Origin: Strigamia acuminata
Taxonomy: Eukaryota
Direction: 5' to 3'
Length of the DNA: 64,000 nt
NCBI GenBank assembly: GCA_949358305.1
Contig: OX442314.1
Location: 21,762,001 to 21,826,000, forward strand
The notes beneath the pieces are model-generated. The model saw nothing but the letters and a program-made list of their open reading frames with translations, did not search any database and was not told the DNA's origin. Below, one piece after another: positions 1 to 12,714 of the stretch (the first letter of the stretch is position 1; every line of letters starts with the position of its first letter). Made by a program: the position numbers and the translations under genes.

Positions 1-3000
1 AGAGTTCAGAGACGGATGATTGGTTAAGTACTTTGTGGATGAGTTCCTGGATGAGTTCAAAGAGAACGGTTTGGCGTTTTTCGCCTTCGAGAACCTCCGA
101 TGGGTAAGCCGTTAGAATAATCTCCGTGATTTGTCTCCACGAATCGAACATGAGCCGTTTGGCGTGCAAGTTTTCGCGGATTTTATTCCGTTTGACGACG
201 TAACTCAAAATGTTTTGAATTTCCTATTGAAAAAGAAAAAAAAGAAAAAAAAATAACATTTTAACTTTTAATTTCGTTGTCAACATTTTTTTTTGGAGTT
301 TACCTGCGTGATAAGCGGTCTCTGGCCCAAAGCAGAAGAGCCTTTTAAATCATTTAATTCACGATTCAGAAGTTGATGTAACAGCAGAACGTTGACAACC
401 GTCAATCCATTCGTTTGACGTTTTTCACACTGACTTATGGCGAGTTCAGCCGACGACGGGTCAAAATATTCCCATTGCGGTGGGTCGGGGTAATTCTCGG
501 TGAAATCGATGGCATCTAATATGGATAAAAGTTTTCTGCGTACAATTCCAGCCGTCACGATGTTGCTCGGTCTAAGTTGGCTTAAACTACTAATTGTGAT
601 GTCGCGAGTCGGTCCGTCTCCTTCAACAGCCGTTTCATTCGATAATGCAACATCAGGATTAGTGTCAATTAACAAATTGACTAATCTTTGAACTTGCGAT
701 CGTTGTCGATTCAGCGATGTCACGTGGATTTCAATGGCAGCCAACTTCAAAATCCACGCTTGTTGCAGCAACGTGTAGGAATTGAAACGTTTTGAAACAT
801 CTATTAAAAGTTTTTTTTAAAAAAAAATATTAATAAATATAATATAACAAAATATTTGTTTTCAAAAATTAAATTTTACCAGAATTTTTCAATTTAAAAG
901 GTAAACATTGAAGTTGCCGATAAAGAAAATCGTGAGTCGTTCTCAAGTATCTCAAAATAGGCGCCGACGTGTCTTTATCCGCCGCCAAATCGTGCAGCAA
1001 ATGATAATAAGATTCCGCCAACATCGGTGCATCGCGAACGCACGATGGTTCTTGCCGGGAGTTTCCTTTAAGCGACAATTGATTCAGGATCACGTGAAGA
1101 CACGTCCGAGGCGAATTCAAAACACCTAAAAATAACTCGGTATTAATTAACGGATAAATTAAAATTCCATTCGACCGAACCTGCTTCCTGCAGCACCGTC
1201 TTATTAATGGGTTTACGTAGATCAAAACCCAGCAGAAAATGTGCCAAGTTCGCTTGTGGTTGAGGAAGACAAGTTAACATTAACTGAACAATGTTGCGAC
1301 GCGTGACTTGCGGCGAATGCACTTCGTTCGCCTCTCCGGCCGCGTCAAACGTCTGATCAAACGATTCGGTTTCGTCGCTGTCGAGAGTTTCCACGAATCC
1401 GTTGAGCAACTCTTTGGCTTCGGTTTCGTTCATCGTAAACAGCGTGACTAGTTGCGGCTGCACGACTGGAGATTGACATAAATGACGTAGAATTTTTGTC
1501 ACGTGGAAAACATGTTCCGGTAAAAAACTGCCCAAAGTGGTGAACCTGTCAAAACAACAAAATAATATTTAAAACCGATTCAATCCGAGCAAACTCATCG
1601 TCAAAAATTCACTTCGTGATGCAGACTATGTAGTCAGCTCGTCCGCTGCGAGGATTGATCATCAGTAGCAACTTGTCTATGCTCGACACGAGCAGCGACG
1701 ACCCAAATTCGCGTAATAAATCGAGAAATTTCGTTTGTTTTTCTAACACGGTACTGATCAGCTTCAAAGCAAGCAGGCTGCTTTTTTGTAAATTCTCTTT
1801 CCCTGGAAAATTCGTGTACTGCGATAACAGCTGAACAGCTTCAGTGATGATGTACAAAACCTGAGCAAAATAATTAAACGTAAAATAAAATCAAAATAAA
1901 CACGCGAACCCGTATTTTTTTTATTACCATTTTGAGCATTGAGCTGTCATGGAGCATATAAACGAGAATGTTGTGCCCCGGACGTTTGTTGGCGGTCGTC
2001 GAGCCACCACCTTGAAGCTCAGCAACTTGGTTAACGAAATCGTCGGGCAAAACATCGTGATTTTTCAACAATTTATAAAATATCGTCAAACAACCTGCTG
2101 TAACAGCCCACTGAAACCGATAATTAGAATTAATCGAATATCAAATCCACAAGACGTCTTCATTCTCACCTTCTCTCCGCTGTTTTTATACGCTCGCGTG
2201 TTGGCTTTTAAAAAAATCGAATCTCTGACAAATTCCAAATAAGGGTCGAATCCCGGCGCTCGAAATCCAACACCGAGTGTCTGTGGGATCGTGACATCGA
2301 CCAAGACACTCAGAAAGTGCAAAAATGCTCTCGTCATTGGAAATTCCTCATTTCGTGCTTCAATTTCGTCCAATTCCGTTTGAATTCCACTAGACTGATA
2401 AGCGGACGTCGTTTTCACCGTCTGTAGGATCTGCGCCACTTCGAGAGAATGCCACAAATTAACGGCGATCGTCGACGTCTTTGCAAAGGACGACAACGTT
2501 AACAGAAGCTCGGCTTTGAACGTCGTTGGCACGCTACAGCCGACCAATCCGAGCAAAACCACAAGCGGAAGCCACTGTTGGTTCTCGCACATCGCAATCC
2601 GAGCAAATTCGTCCTAAAAATCGACAAAACATGAGTCCACGTCCAATTTAAATAACATCAAACAGTAATAAACCTCTCGTGCTATTGTTTGAATCAGTTG
2701 AAGCACGGATGACAATCCTTTAAGTTCCAACGGTGTGATTCCTCGCATCGGCGGTCGTTGGCGATAAATGTGCTGCGTATCGCTTATTAACGGCAATTCT
2801 TGGCGTAAATTTGCATAATATTGATGAAAAGACATGAAAAAGTGGCCCCATCCGACGGTGCTGCAATGGCCGCCGGTGCCGTTAAGTTTTAACAAATTAA
2901 AACAATGATGAGCGCACATTTGCGCCTTCGACAGCGTCGACAGCATTTGGATGTAAGGCACGTATAACGAAGGAGGCAGCAAATCACCAGCTAAGCGCAC

Positions 3001-4976
3001 GAATTTGAAAAGGTTCACTTGTTTCTGTGGCAATCTAAATGGGTAGGTCGTTGAAAATCCCGGCGATATTTCGACGGGACACCAATATTCGGAAATTAAT
3101 TCCAGTTTAAGTGGATCTTTGGCGTACAGCGCAGAAATCTATTCGACAAAACCAACGTAAAATTAATCGATTTAGTCTTTGATGGATTAAAAACGATTAC
3201 TTACACTTTGCATTAATTCCTCAAAATGGCGTTGTAAATTCTCCGGTGGATCCAGACCCTCTTGCTCGTGCGCTAGAATAATTCGAGCCATTTCGTCGCC
3301 GTGGTTCCGTAATTCTTTCACTTTGAGTGGCATGTGGATGATGAAATCGGTAATCAAACTGTGAAATCTTTTCACATAGAATTCCTGCAAAAATACGAAA
3401 ACGACAAAATGAATTAATAAATAAGAAAAAAAAAAAACGATTTTTTTTTTTTGTTATTTACTTCTAAATGAAACGTGTCATTCGCCAACAAAACAGTGTG
3501 TAAAAAATTAAAGACGCCGTTATTAACAGCTTGATCTAAAATATATTCATCTGCTTCGAAATACTGTTGAAATCCTTGCATGTTGGGCTGTTGTGACAAA
3601 ATGCGCAAAGTTACGGCCCACGCAAATTGAAAAACAGCTTTCACTTGCGGCTGCTCCCATTGATTTGCATCGCTCAATTCTTTGTGAATGGTCGGAATAA
3701 AATCAGCATCGGAAAGAATTGGAATTTTTTGCAGTAAAACTAAAATTTAAAAAAAATATATATATATATTCGTAATTTTATATCATTTTGCCAACTTTCA
3801 TTTATATTTACGTTCACTGTCCTCGGTTTGTTCCAAAATACTGACATCAATTGCATACAAAACCGCCATTACAAGCGCTAAACTAACGTTGTCCATTGAT
3901 CCGTCCGCTGATATGGGATTATGGCGAGTGAGAAAAGCCAACAGATCTAACGTATGTTCCGAACTTAGAGCCGATTGACACGCCAAGCAATACAAACATT
4001 CGGCGAGTGTTTGTTTCGTTTCGATTATCAAATCTACAACCTTTAAATAAACGTTCGGAATTAAACATTTGTAATTAAAAACAATTTACGTTTCTTTTTC
4101 TACCTGTTTCCGGTGCCTGGGACTACCCAGACCGCGATTTTTCTGTAATTTATCAATTTCGGTAGCAAAATCCATGTCGAGCAACAAATCCAAAATTTTT
4201 CGAAATAATCCTTCTTCTAGTAATTGATTGGTGTATTTTGTTGATAAATTAACCATTTCGTTACTAAGTCCCAAAGTCCACGTTCTGCCCTCTCGTGCTT
4301 GAATCAAAGCTCGCAAAGAAGCAACGAGACTTTGTCGACCGTCATAATACAACAAAACAGCAACCAGACCGCGATTTACGCCGACAAAATGCGCTTTTTG
4401 ATTTTCACCTGAAAATATCACAAATTCTATTAGTTTTTCACAATTTCACAAATATAAAAAAAATTTTACCCGCTATTAATAACTCAACGGCTGATATTTC
4501 GTTTAAATTAAACATATCGCTCAGAATTAAAGCTTCCGATATCATAGCTTGGGATATAACTTGAGGTACATTTCGACCCAACACGGGGATTCCTTCTCCC
4601 GAGCCTTTACGAACGATTTCCCGGCTTTCTGCATTCTTAGGCTATGTCGAATAAAAAGTTAGTAAGCATGAAACATCACTAGTTAAGTCAGATCTTACTG
4701 GATTTTTGAGCAAAGCGACGAAATCCGGTTTGTGTTTCCTCAAAGTAGCTTCAAATTCCGGCAGAATATCAAAGTCTTTCTTAAACACCGCCGTGTAAAC
4801 CACGTTATAAAGTTCTTTATACGGAAGCCATACATTTTCATCTGTAAACAAGAATTTTTTGCAATGGTTATTAGTTTACGTGCTAAATAATTCAAATAAT
4901 TAATCCGTATAATAAGAAATATAAAAATCATTCCGGAGGGAGGGGACGTACGCAAATTTACCGCCACGGAAGCCAT
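1..4976 (-). CDS. NUP205: Nuclear pore complex protein Nup205, multi-exon, 3' part outside the window
   Basis: A chain of minus-strand exons with GT-AG boundaries. ATG at 4976 gives MASVAVNL|HENVWLPYKELYNVV...LRKHKPDF.ALLKNP. Other Nup205-like segments: GLVAVLLYYDGRQSL, FVRLAGDLLPPSLYVPY, ELDEIEARNEEFPMTRAF, NLAHFLLGFD, PRTCLH. Confidence 0.95.
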
Positions 4977-5079
4977 TTTGAATTTGAATGAAACCGGCTA
5001 GGGAGGGCGCTGTCGTCTCGGTTATCTCGCTGTGATTGGATTGGTTTTGTTGCAACGGGCGCCATATTTTTTCCACAAC
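4977..5079. promoter_or_regulatory. Probable bidirectional promoter (Nup205 / THAP gene)
   Basis: Only 103 bp separate the divergent ATGs (4976 and 5080). The gap contains tandem reverse CCAAT boxes (GATTGGATTGG, ~5034-5044) and a GC-rich GGGAGGGCGC. Confidence 0.65.
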
Positions 5080-7321
5080 ATGCCGTGCTGCTCAGCTGTT
5101 GGGTGCAGTAACCGAAGTGAGAGAGGATTTCGGTTATTTAAATTTCCAGCTAATTCTAGTCGACGACAAGTGTGGATCACGAATTGCAGGAGGGACAATT
5201 GGGCGCCCACTAAATCATCATTTTTGTGCGAGGTGATTTGATAAGATTTTGAATTTAAATCTGAAATTTAGACTCATGTAGAACCAAGATGGCGACCATG
5301 CCGATTCTCATGCACCCATATACAGGTCTATGGTATCCCGTGGTGTATTTAAATGAGAAAAAATAATAATTTGTCTCAATTGGTTTTCGTCTTTAATTTT
5401 TAAATTTTTTTTTTATGTTTCAGGCACATTTTGAAGCAGATCAATATGAACAAAATCGTGCAGATGGTCGAAAACTTTTGAAACCATTTGCTTTGCCTAC
5501 AATTTTCAAACATGATTTCGAGCCAGAGAAACTCACAGAACAAGTGGATTACAGACCCAGTGCAATCAGTAATGTTGTCATCCCTCTTAGTTCAGATATT
5601 GATCACACTTACACCATTCAAAGTAAAAAGAATATACATTTTTATGTTATTACATATTATTTTTATTATACACATTCAATGATTTTTAAATAGGAGACAA
5701 AAAGACACCGATGGAAAAACGGCTCTTGAATCAAGTTCTCCAGGAACACGAAGTGCCACAAACCAGAATCGTCGAATTATCGTTCGAGTCTCTCGGTGTG
5801 ACGAGAAATGAACATGCCACAGTGATGGGATTGAGTAATGAAGATTCAGATAACGAGGCGATCGAGAACATACTGCAATTCTGGGATAACCAGCCTCAAT
5901 TGGAGTACCAACCGAGAGAAGACAGTTTCCGTGAAATCCTCGGCGAACCACAATCGCAAAACGCTGAAACAGTCGTTGCGCTGAACGATTACTTACCCCC
6001 AACTGAATTAAAAAAGAAATGTCCAACAAAACCATCGTCTAAGTTGGAAACAAAGATTAAAAAACTGGAAATGCAATTACGCTTGCTGAAAAGAACGCAA
6101 AGAAGGAAAAACCCTTCGAATAAACAGAAGAAATCCATCAATTTGAATAATCTATACAACATAGCTGGATCGGGTGATCCAACGGCAAAATTTATCTTGA
6201 ACCAAGCGATGATTTTATGCAGCAAAAGCTGTAAATACACCGAAGTGTCGATGAAACATTGCTTGTACTGGACAATGCGCTCGCCGAAAGATTACAATTA
6301 CGTGCACAAACAAGGATTTTTAAAACTACCGTCTCGACATTTGTTGAAAAGACGCATCGGATTTTCTACGGGAGTCAAAGTTCTATCGACCAACATGAAG
6401 AACTACTTAAACAAATCAATATTGAAAACCATCAGCGACGGATGGTCCGTGACAGTGGAGGAAATGTGCATTAAACGGTGCTGCAACAAGTCGACGGATT
6501 TTTTTCTGGGACGGATAGTCAACAACGAAGTGAAGTTACTCTGTGTTTGTATGAAAGGTGTTTCTTTGGACGTGTCGACATTGATCGGTTTTTTCCCAAT
6601 TACACATTCGGATGGCATCAGCATATCCAAGCTCATCGTCAATCTAATAAGGGAGATTGAGAAGGCTTTTGATGGTGTCGGCATCGTACAGCTCATCATT
6701 CCACACACACTCGATATATTTACACATTTGGGTTGCAAAACCCACCAGAAGGGAAAGATGAAACACCCGACGGACCCGAATAGGTTGTTGTATGTTAAAT
6801 ACGACCCGAACCGCATAATTGAGGATGTTTATCGCGAATTTCTTACAAAGGATTTTATTGTGCAAAATGGTTGCATTTCGTCTCGGTATTTGACTTCGTT
6901 GCAGCAGCGATTAAAAATTGATTCGCACGCTAAATCGGAACGTTTGTTTGGTTTTATACCGCCAAGAGTTGTGAGTTGGAATGAAGTCGGTTCTGCGGGT
7001 GTGAATTCGCTGTTTACTATCGAACATTGCAAAGCTTTAAATGCGCTTAAAGGTATCGAACATCCGCAGTTTGTACGGGTTGGACCGACGGTGGAGTTTA
7101 TTGAAGTTATGAGTCGATGGTTTAGTTTGCAGACTGCATTGGGTGGTTCGGATTGGCAGAACAATGTTGCTAGCTTGAATAGCATTGTTAACTATATTGG
7201 AGAAGTTGAAAATTGCTGTAAGGATAAGGAAGTGGATTTTTTAAATGCGAATCTGTTGAGTGCGTTCAAGTTTTCTACATTAGCAAAGATATTGTTTTTT
7301 ACTGAATTTAAACTCGTATGA
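5080..7321 (+). CDS. THAP domain protein with P-element/THAP9-like transposase-derived body (~659 aa; exons 5080-5232, 5424-5622, 5694-7321)
   Basis: THAP C2CH motif MPCCSAVGC...FKFP...W...LCE|AHF...ALPTIF. Both introns are GT-AG and keep the frame. Followed by DHTY, a coiled coil, and SPKDYNYV...LPSRHLL, EEMCIK, HPTDPNRLLYVKYDPNR, PTVEFIEVMSRWF, which resemble P-type transposase blocks. Confidence 0.85.
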
Positions 7322-7474
7322 TTTTGTAATGCTGGTGCATTAAAAGTCACTTTGTTCTTTTCTAAGGGCATAGCTTGCATTTTTTGATTTTATCGGAAGC
7401 AATTACTTATCAGATATTTCTAAACAAGAGCTGTTGTCTGTTTAGTACAATACAGATCTCATAAATTTTAAATC

Positions 7475-9241
7475 ATGGATAAAATAAGAGCAAATAACTT
7501 AATGATTTTTATGACAATTTTATATTTGATGTATAAATGTAGGTTTTATTTAACTGTAAGTGCTGTGCTTTTGAAAGGCTGTTTTCCGGGGTTGATTCCA
7601 AAAGCCTTGACACGTACTGATCTCGAGGTTATAGACGAAATGCGATTAGAGACGGTGAGTTTGCTTACGACTTAATTTAATGCGTTTAAATATTTCATAT
7701 TTGTTTTTAACACTAGGACGGATTGATCAAATATTATGGATACCCATCTGAAATCCACACGGTAGTAACAAAAGATGGTTATGTGTTAAATTTATTCCGT
7801 ATTCCTTTTGGAAAAACGAACAACACCAGAAACGGAATTCCAGTTTTTTTGCAACACGGAACAGCCGGCTCGTCATCTCTTTGGACTAGTAGCGGAAAAC
7901 AAAGTCTAGGTATTACGGTACTTATTAATTACGGTAGTCTTGTAAATAGTTGAATATTTTAATAATTTTTAAATTCTGTAAGCTTTTATTCTTGCCGATG
8001 CTGGCTACGATGTTTGGCTGGGTAACTTTCGAGGGAACCGATACACTAGGCGACATTTGATTTTGAGTGTTGACAGCCCATTGTTTTGGGAAGGAGGGTT
8101 TGTTTATTACAGTACAGTATTTAAAAAATCAAGGATATATCAATTATAATTGTAATTTTAAAAAATATACAGAGTAGAAACCCTCTTCGACGATTGTACG
8201 GCAATGATTCATTTTGTCCGATATAAAACGAAATACGATCAAATACTTACAATTGGCTTTTCTCTCGGAGCAACGGCAATAAGCTCCGCTTTAGCAAGTC
8301 AGCCGAGATTGGAAGAAAAGGTAGAAATGTTATGCCTATATTTGAATTTAACAGTTAGAAATGAATTTGTATCATTGTACAGGTTAAGGGAGCAGTGTTT
8401 TTGGCAATTAGCACTCATCCACGTTATTTTTCTTCATTTCTGCAAATCTTAGTAGACGTGTACAATTATTTTCCGGTAATCGTATACAATTTAAGAAAGA
8501 AAAAATAACTCGTACATTAGCATAAATAATTACAACACAGACGGCGTGTCTTGCAATTTTCCACAAATCCTTTGTTCTTCACACTATGTCGGATTATTTT
8601 ATTGAAAATTTTTGTACGAGCTCATCATATGAAATTTGCTTTTGGCTCATTGGATTATCAGCGGGAATTGACTTTTCGAATCCCATGAACAAAGTTAGAT
8701 GCGAGCGAATTTGATGTCATTGTATACTGTTATTGTTTTATTTAGACACGAATGCCAGTTCATTTACGCAACGGGTCGTCTGGAATGTCCGTTATTCCAT
8801 TTTACGATGCGCGCAATGTGATTTAAATACACACAATATAAGATCATCTCTATATTAATTTATTTTTAGTTAGGGCGAGGCGGCGGCGAATTCACAGCTT
8901 ACAATTTAGGTAGAAAGAAAAACGTAGAATTGTACGGGCGGGTACGTAATTGTTCTTTTAGTACACCAAACACATTTTTGTTTCAGGTGAGCTATGAGCT
9001 TGTTAAGGTGAGCTATGATTTCAGCAAAATCACTATTCCTGTGGCAATATTCCAGTGGCCAAACGATGCTTTGGCCACTCCTATGGATGTTGAAATATTT
9101 TCACGACAATTACCGAATTTAATTCATAGAGAACTGTCTCCGAGAACAGCTGCTACTCATTTAGAGTTCTTTATAAACGACTCTACTGATGTTTCGTTTA
9201 AAATACTAACGTTGTTAAGAAAAATGTGGGATAATTACTAA
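7475..9241 (+). CDS. Acid lipase (lipase 1/3, gastric/lysosomal lipase family), copy 1
   Basis: Multi-exon: [47 protein letters not shown], nucleophile GFSLG, WPNDALA (Asp), ATHLEF (His). Confidence 0.9.
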
Positions 9242-9605
9242 AAGCTGTGAAGAATGTATATACTCTTAGCAGCAGAATTTATGTTGCACTTCATAAGCAT
9301 ACAATACGACATTAAGGGGTTTCATTAAATGTACATTTTTGTAATTTTGTCATAAAATCAACAAATATCAATCGGCAATCGCATGATTTTGCATATGAGT
9401 GTGTAATAAAAGGTGTTAATATGATCCAAATACTGTAAAATTTAAAACGGAAAAATCTTTTTTACAATACAATGCAATTCACACATGAAAAGAAAAGTTT
9501 AAAAATTTGAGCAACATTTTCTTCCTAACATGTTCCACCGAGTTCTCAGCTCACAGGAGTTGTTTTTTTGACATTATGTATGACGTCACAACTGCTTCGA
9601 AATTA

Positions 9606-9672
9606 GTCGTTATAACAAATCGCAAGGGACCCGGGAAATAGGTTCGTTATTATAACGAAAGTTCGTTATAAC
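9606..9672. mobile_element. Fragment of the pogo/Tigger-like MITE family found at 11677
   Basis: TATAAC-AATCGCAAGGGACCCG is the reverse complement of the 3' end of the 11677-11860 element; TTCGTTATA repeats. Confidence 0.6.
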
Positions 9673-9815
9673 TTGGCGGACAAATTTGCGGAAAACATGG
9701 AGGACAAAATGGTGGAAAACATGGAGGACAACACGCCAGAGAAAAAGAGGACAAAATGGCGGAAAACATTGCGAACAAAATAGCGGATAATAAGGCGGGC
9801 AACATGGCGTGCAAC
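9673..9815. repeat. Degenerate ~12-bp tandem repeat (ACATGGAGGACA-like)
   Basis: Recurring ATGG(A/C/T)GGA(C/A)AA units. Confidence 0.65.
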
Positions 9816-9819
9816 ATGC

Positions 9820-9975
9820 CGCTGGGCCCGAATAAATGCTGGGCTTTAAATTGGCGCCGGGAGGGCGTCCGGCTCAAAAAACTATTAAACGCCCGGGCGT
9901 TTAAACGAGGCGGTACAGTAGCCAATGCTGTAAATACACATACCGTACCGCCCCGTTTAAACGCCCGGGCGTTTT
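9820..9975. mobile_element. Ends of two CCGTA-type Tc1/mariner MITEs, back to back
   Basis: ...CCCGGGCGTTTAAACGAGGCGGTACAG|TA, a 20-bp spacer, then TA|CCGTACCGCCCCGTTTAAACGCCCGGG, forming an inverted repeat. Confidence 0.5.
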
Positions 9976-10512
9976 ATTATTTTTTTGTTACGTTATCATA
10001 TCTTTATTACAATATTGCTGTTTTGCATTTTGGAACATTTGGCAATTGTTTCATCAACAATGCCAAACAACAAATAATTCACTGCTGATGAAGTGATAAC
10101 AATATGAAAAATAAAAGCTGGTAGTGAAGTGATGAAAAATTACTATGCTAATTGATAAATATAACTGGAATATTATTGGATTTTCTGCAGGAGTCAAAAT
10201 TCTACCAATCAACAGTGCGAGTTAATATTGAAAACCATCGGCGACGAATGGTCTTGGTCTGTTATAGTGAAGGAAATCTGCATGCTCTGTGTTTGTACAA
10301 AAGGAGTTTCTTTGATTGTTTTTTTCCCCATTATACTTTCGGATATAGTATTGGCATATCAAAAACTTATAACAATCTGATAAGGGAAATTAAGGCAGTA
10401 TTTTACAGTGTTAGCATTATACAGCTTATCATTCCACACCCAATTGTTGGTTGCAAAGCTCATCTGAAGGAAAAGATCAAACGCTCGATGTACCCTAAAA
10501 GGCTGTTGTATG

Positions 10513-11222
10513 GGGATCCGTCCTTATTAGCGAATCTCATTTTAGCGAAAACAAGGTTTTTAAACCCATTTTAGCGAATCTCATTTTAGCGAAAATGAGA
10601 TTAAATCGCCAGAGCATAAAACACATTTTAGCGAAGCTCGTTTTAGCGAATGACTCATTTTAGCGAAAATCTCTAAAAATCTCAAAAGAAATCTCTAAAG
10701 TAGGAAATCGATTAACTTGACGCACTGACTGGATTTTCCTTCTCGCGCATCGTCTGAAAAACAAACAATTGCGTTTTCTTTGGAATTGTGTGTTTTTGGT
10801 TCTGTGGTTTGTGGCCGGCGGCCCCATCGCTTGATCTTTCGCCTCAAACTGCGCGGTTCGACGAAGGATTTGTACGATTAAACCTCCGCTTTGAGTGACC
10901 ATGAATATCAACAATACCCATTTCTTCGGTAATTTGACAAAGTTTGGTTAAAATGAGTTGCGGCGATCCTCAAACTACTTGATTAAACCTTCTGCGACTG
11001 TGTTATTCCTAGTTGCGTCGCGTCGTAAGGACGTAACGCATTAACTAACACATTTACTAAGTCTGAATAAAGTAGTTTTATTAATCTAAAAAAATTTTAA
11101 CCACTTCGTTTTAGCGAATCCCATTTTAGCAAATCTCATTTTAGCGAATTTTTTTGCGCTAAAACGAGGCATTCGCTAAAATGGATTCGCTAAAGTGAGA
11201 TCCGCTAAAACAATGTGCACTC
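10513..11222. mobile_element. Non-autonomous Mutator/Foldback-like DNA element with 8-bp TSD
   Basis: GTTGTATG occurs at 10505-10512 and 11223-11230, but only once at the homologous site in the intact copy (6787-6794). Many TTTTAGCGAA subterminal repeats, inverted (TTCGCTAAAA) at the right end. Confidence 0.8.
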
Positions 11223-11676
11223 GTTGTATGCTACATAATTGAGGGGGTTGGTTGGCCAATACCGGTATTTCTCACAATGGATCTTATTGTTCAAACTGGT
11301 TGCATTTGTTCTCGGCATTTCACCAAGTTGCACAAGCGATTCTAAAGTTAAATCGGAATGTTTGCGAGGTTTTTAATTGTCAAAAATTGCGAGTTGGGAT
11401 GAAGTTGTGTGTCCAATACGACGGTTCTCAGCAGTTCTCGCCCCCAGATGAAACTGCTATCTCAGGAAGTGGTCTCCGGGCCAATGTGAAACGAGGAGTG
11501 GCACAAACAATAGACACCAAAGTTCAGTGGGCAGTTTTCTGAAACCGTGAAACCATAATTAGTTGTCTTGCGAACAGACATTGACATAGGAGAGTGGCTG
11601 CTTTGCGACCCTTAGGGATCTGATCGTTTCTTGGGCTGTAGAAACAATAACTTCTAGATACAAGCCAATTAAATTA

Positions 11677-11860
11677 CAGTCGAAACTCTTTATAACGAAT
11701 CGCGATATAACGAATTATCGATGTAACGAATACCTAAAAATGGCCGGTTTGGTTGGATGGCCATAGAACACCATGTTAAAAAATTTCGATATAACGAATT
11801 CTCTTTATAACGAATTGATTTTTCGGGTCCCTTGCGATTCGTTATAAAGAGTTTCGACTG
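11677..11860. mobile_element. pogo/Tigger-like MITE (184 bp)
   Basis: Perfect TIRs CAGTCGAAACTCTTTATAACGAATCGC ... GCGATTCGTTATAAAGAGTTTCGACTG, flanked by TA on both sides. Confidence 0.9.
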
Positions 11861-12024
11861 TATTCAAACTCCAAAACACGCGTTCTTGTTAACTTCTATC
11901 CTGAGCGGTGACCAGCGCCTAGTAGTTCTACCCTGACCTCAAGAACGTCTATCTGCCACTCAGAGTTGGTTCGACGGATATGAATTTGTTTTACCATCAA
12001 ATGTCACACCGAGGGAGACAAAAC

Positions 12025-12260
12025 GCCTCCACTTTCGGGGTTGCTTTAGAAAGTCTAATAAAACGGTTCCGTCCGTCTGTCCGTCTGTCCGCATCAACTC
12101 CTTCAAAACGAAAGCTGCTAGAGCCAAACGGGCAACTGCAATGAACTCAGCATACTTTTAATAGGTGCCTAAGGAATTTTCATATTTCTCCAACTATTTT
12201 TTTGTTATTTTTTTATACATCAATTTAGACAGACAGATGTATTTCTATATACGTGTAGAA
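12025..12260. mobile_element. DINE-1/Helentron-like non-autonomous relic
   Basis: CCGTCCGTCTGTCCGTCTGTCC (GTCY) microsatellite with a complementary AGACAGACAGA downstream. Confidence 0.45.
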
Positions 12261-12641
12261 GGGGTTTAGAAGTTTAACAAGGGGAACACATGTATAAGAT
12301 ACTCACAGATTGTTGCAATATTAAACGTAAAGGATTGTTATTTGTTATATCAAGCTGAATGAGACCCTAAAATAATTTCATTCCATAAACAGCCACCAAT
12401 GCAAACAATGAGCTCAAAGTGGGCACTATTTTGTCTGTGTATACATCCAATCTGAGCAATTAGGCCTAGTGTAAGAATGCTGTAAACAACAGTTGCTAGG
12501 TAAAAAATAGTTTCAAGATACAAGTTGAATTTCATTATTTGATATTCAATGATGTCATTTCATCATTTGAGATTTAATGATGTCATGACATCAGAACTTT
12601 GTTCACCAACATGACTGTCTTCATGAAGACAATAATAGTTT

Positions 12642-12714
12642 GTGGTGGTGGTCCAGTGGTTAAGGCACCGGTCTAGAAATCTTTCCACACATGTTCAAAT
12701 CCTGCTGAACCCAC
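12642..12714 (+). pseudogene. tRNA-Ser(AGA)-like pseudogene or SINE head
   Basis: A-box-like TGGTCCAGTGGTTAAGG, loop CTAGAAA, B-box GTTCAAATCC. Anticodon and acceptor stems pair poorly and the variable arm is shortened. Confidence 0.65.

Noticed and set aside
500..7380. Short antisense or alternate-frame ORFs over Nup205 and THAP
   Set aside because: Shadows of real exons with no independent features.
9650..10088. ORFs with CPPCF / MAENIANK repeats
   Set aside because: They arise from the 12-bp repeat and MITE ends.
12642..12714. Functional tRNA-Ser
   Set aside because: Anticodon and acceptor stems do not pair properly.
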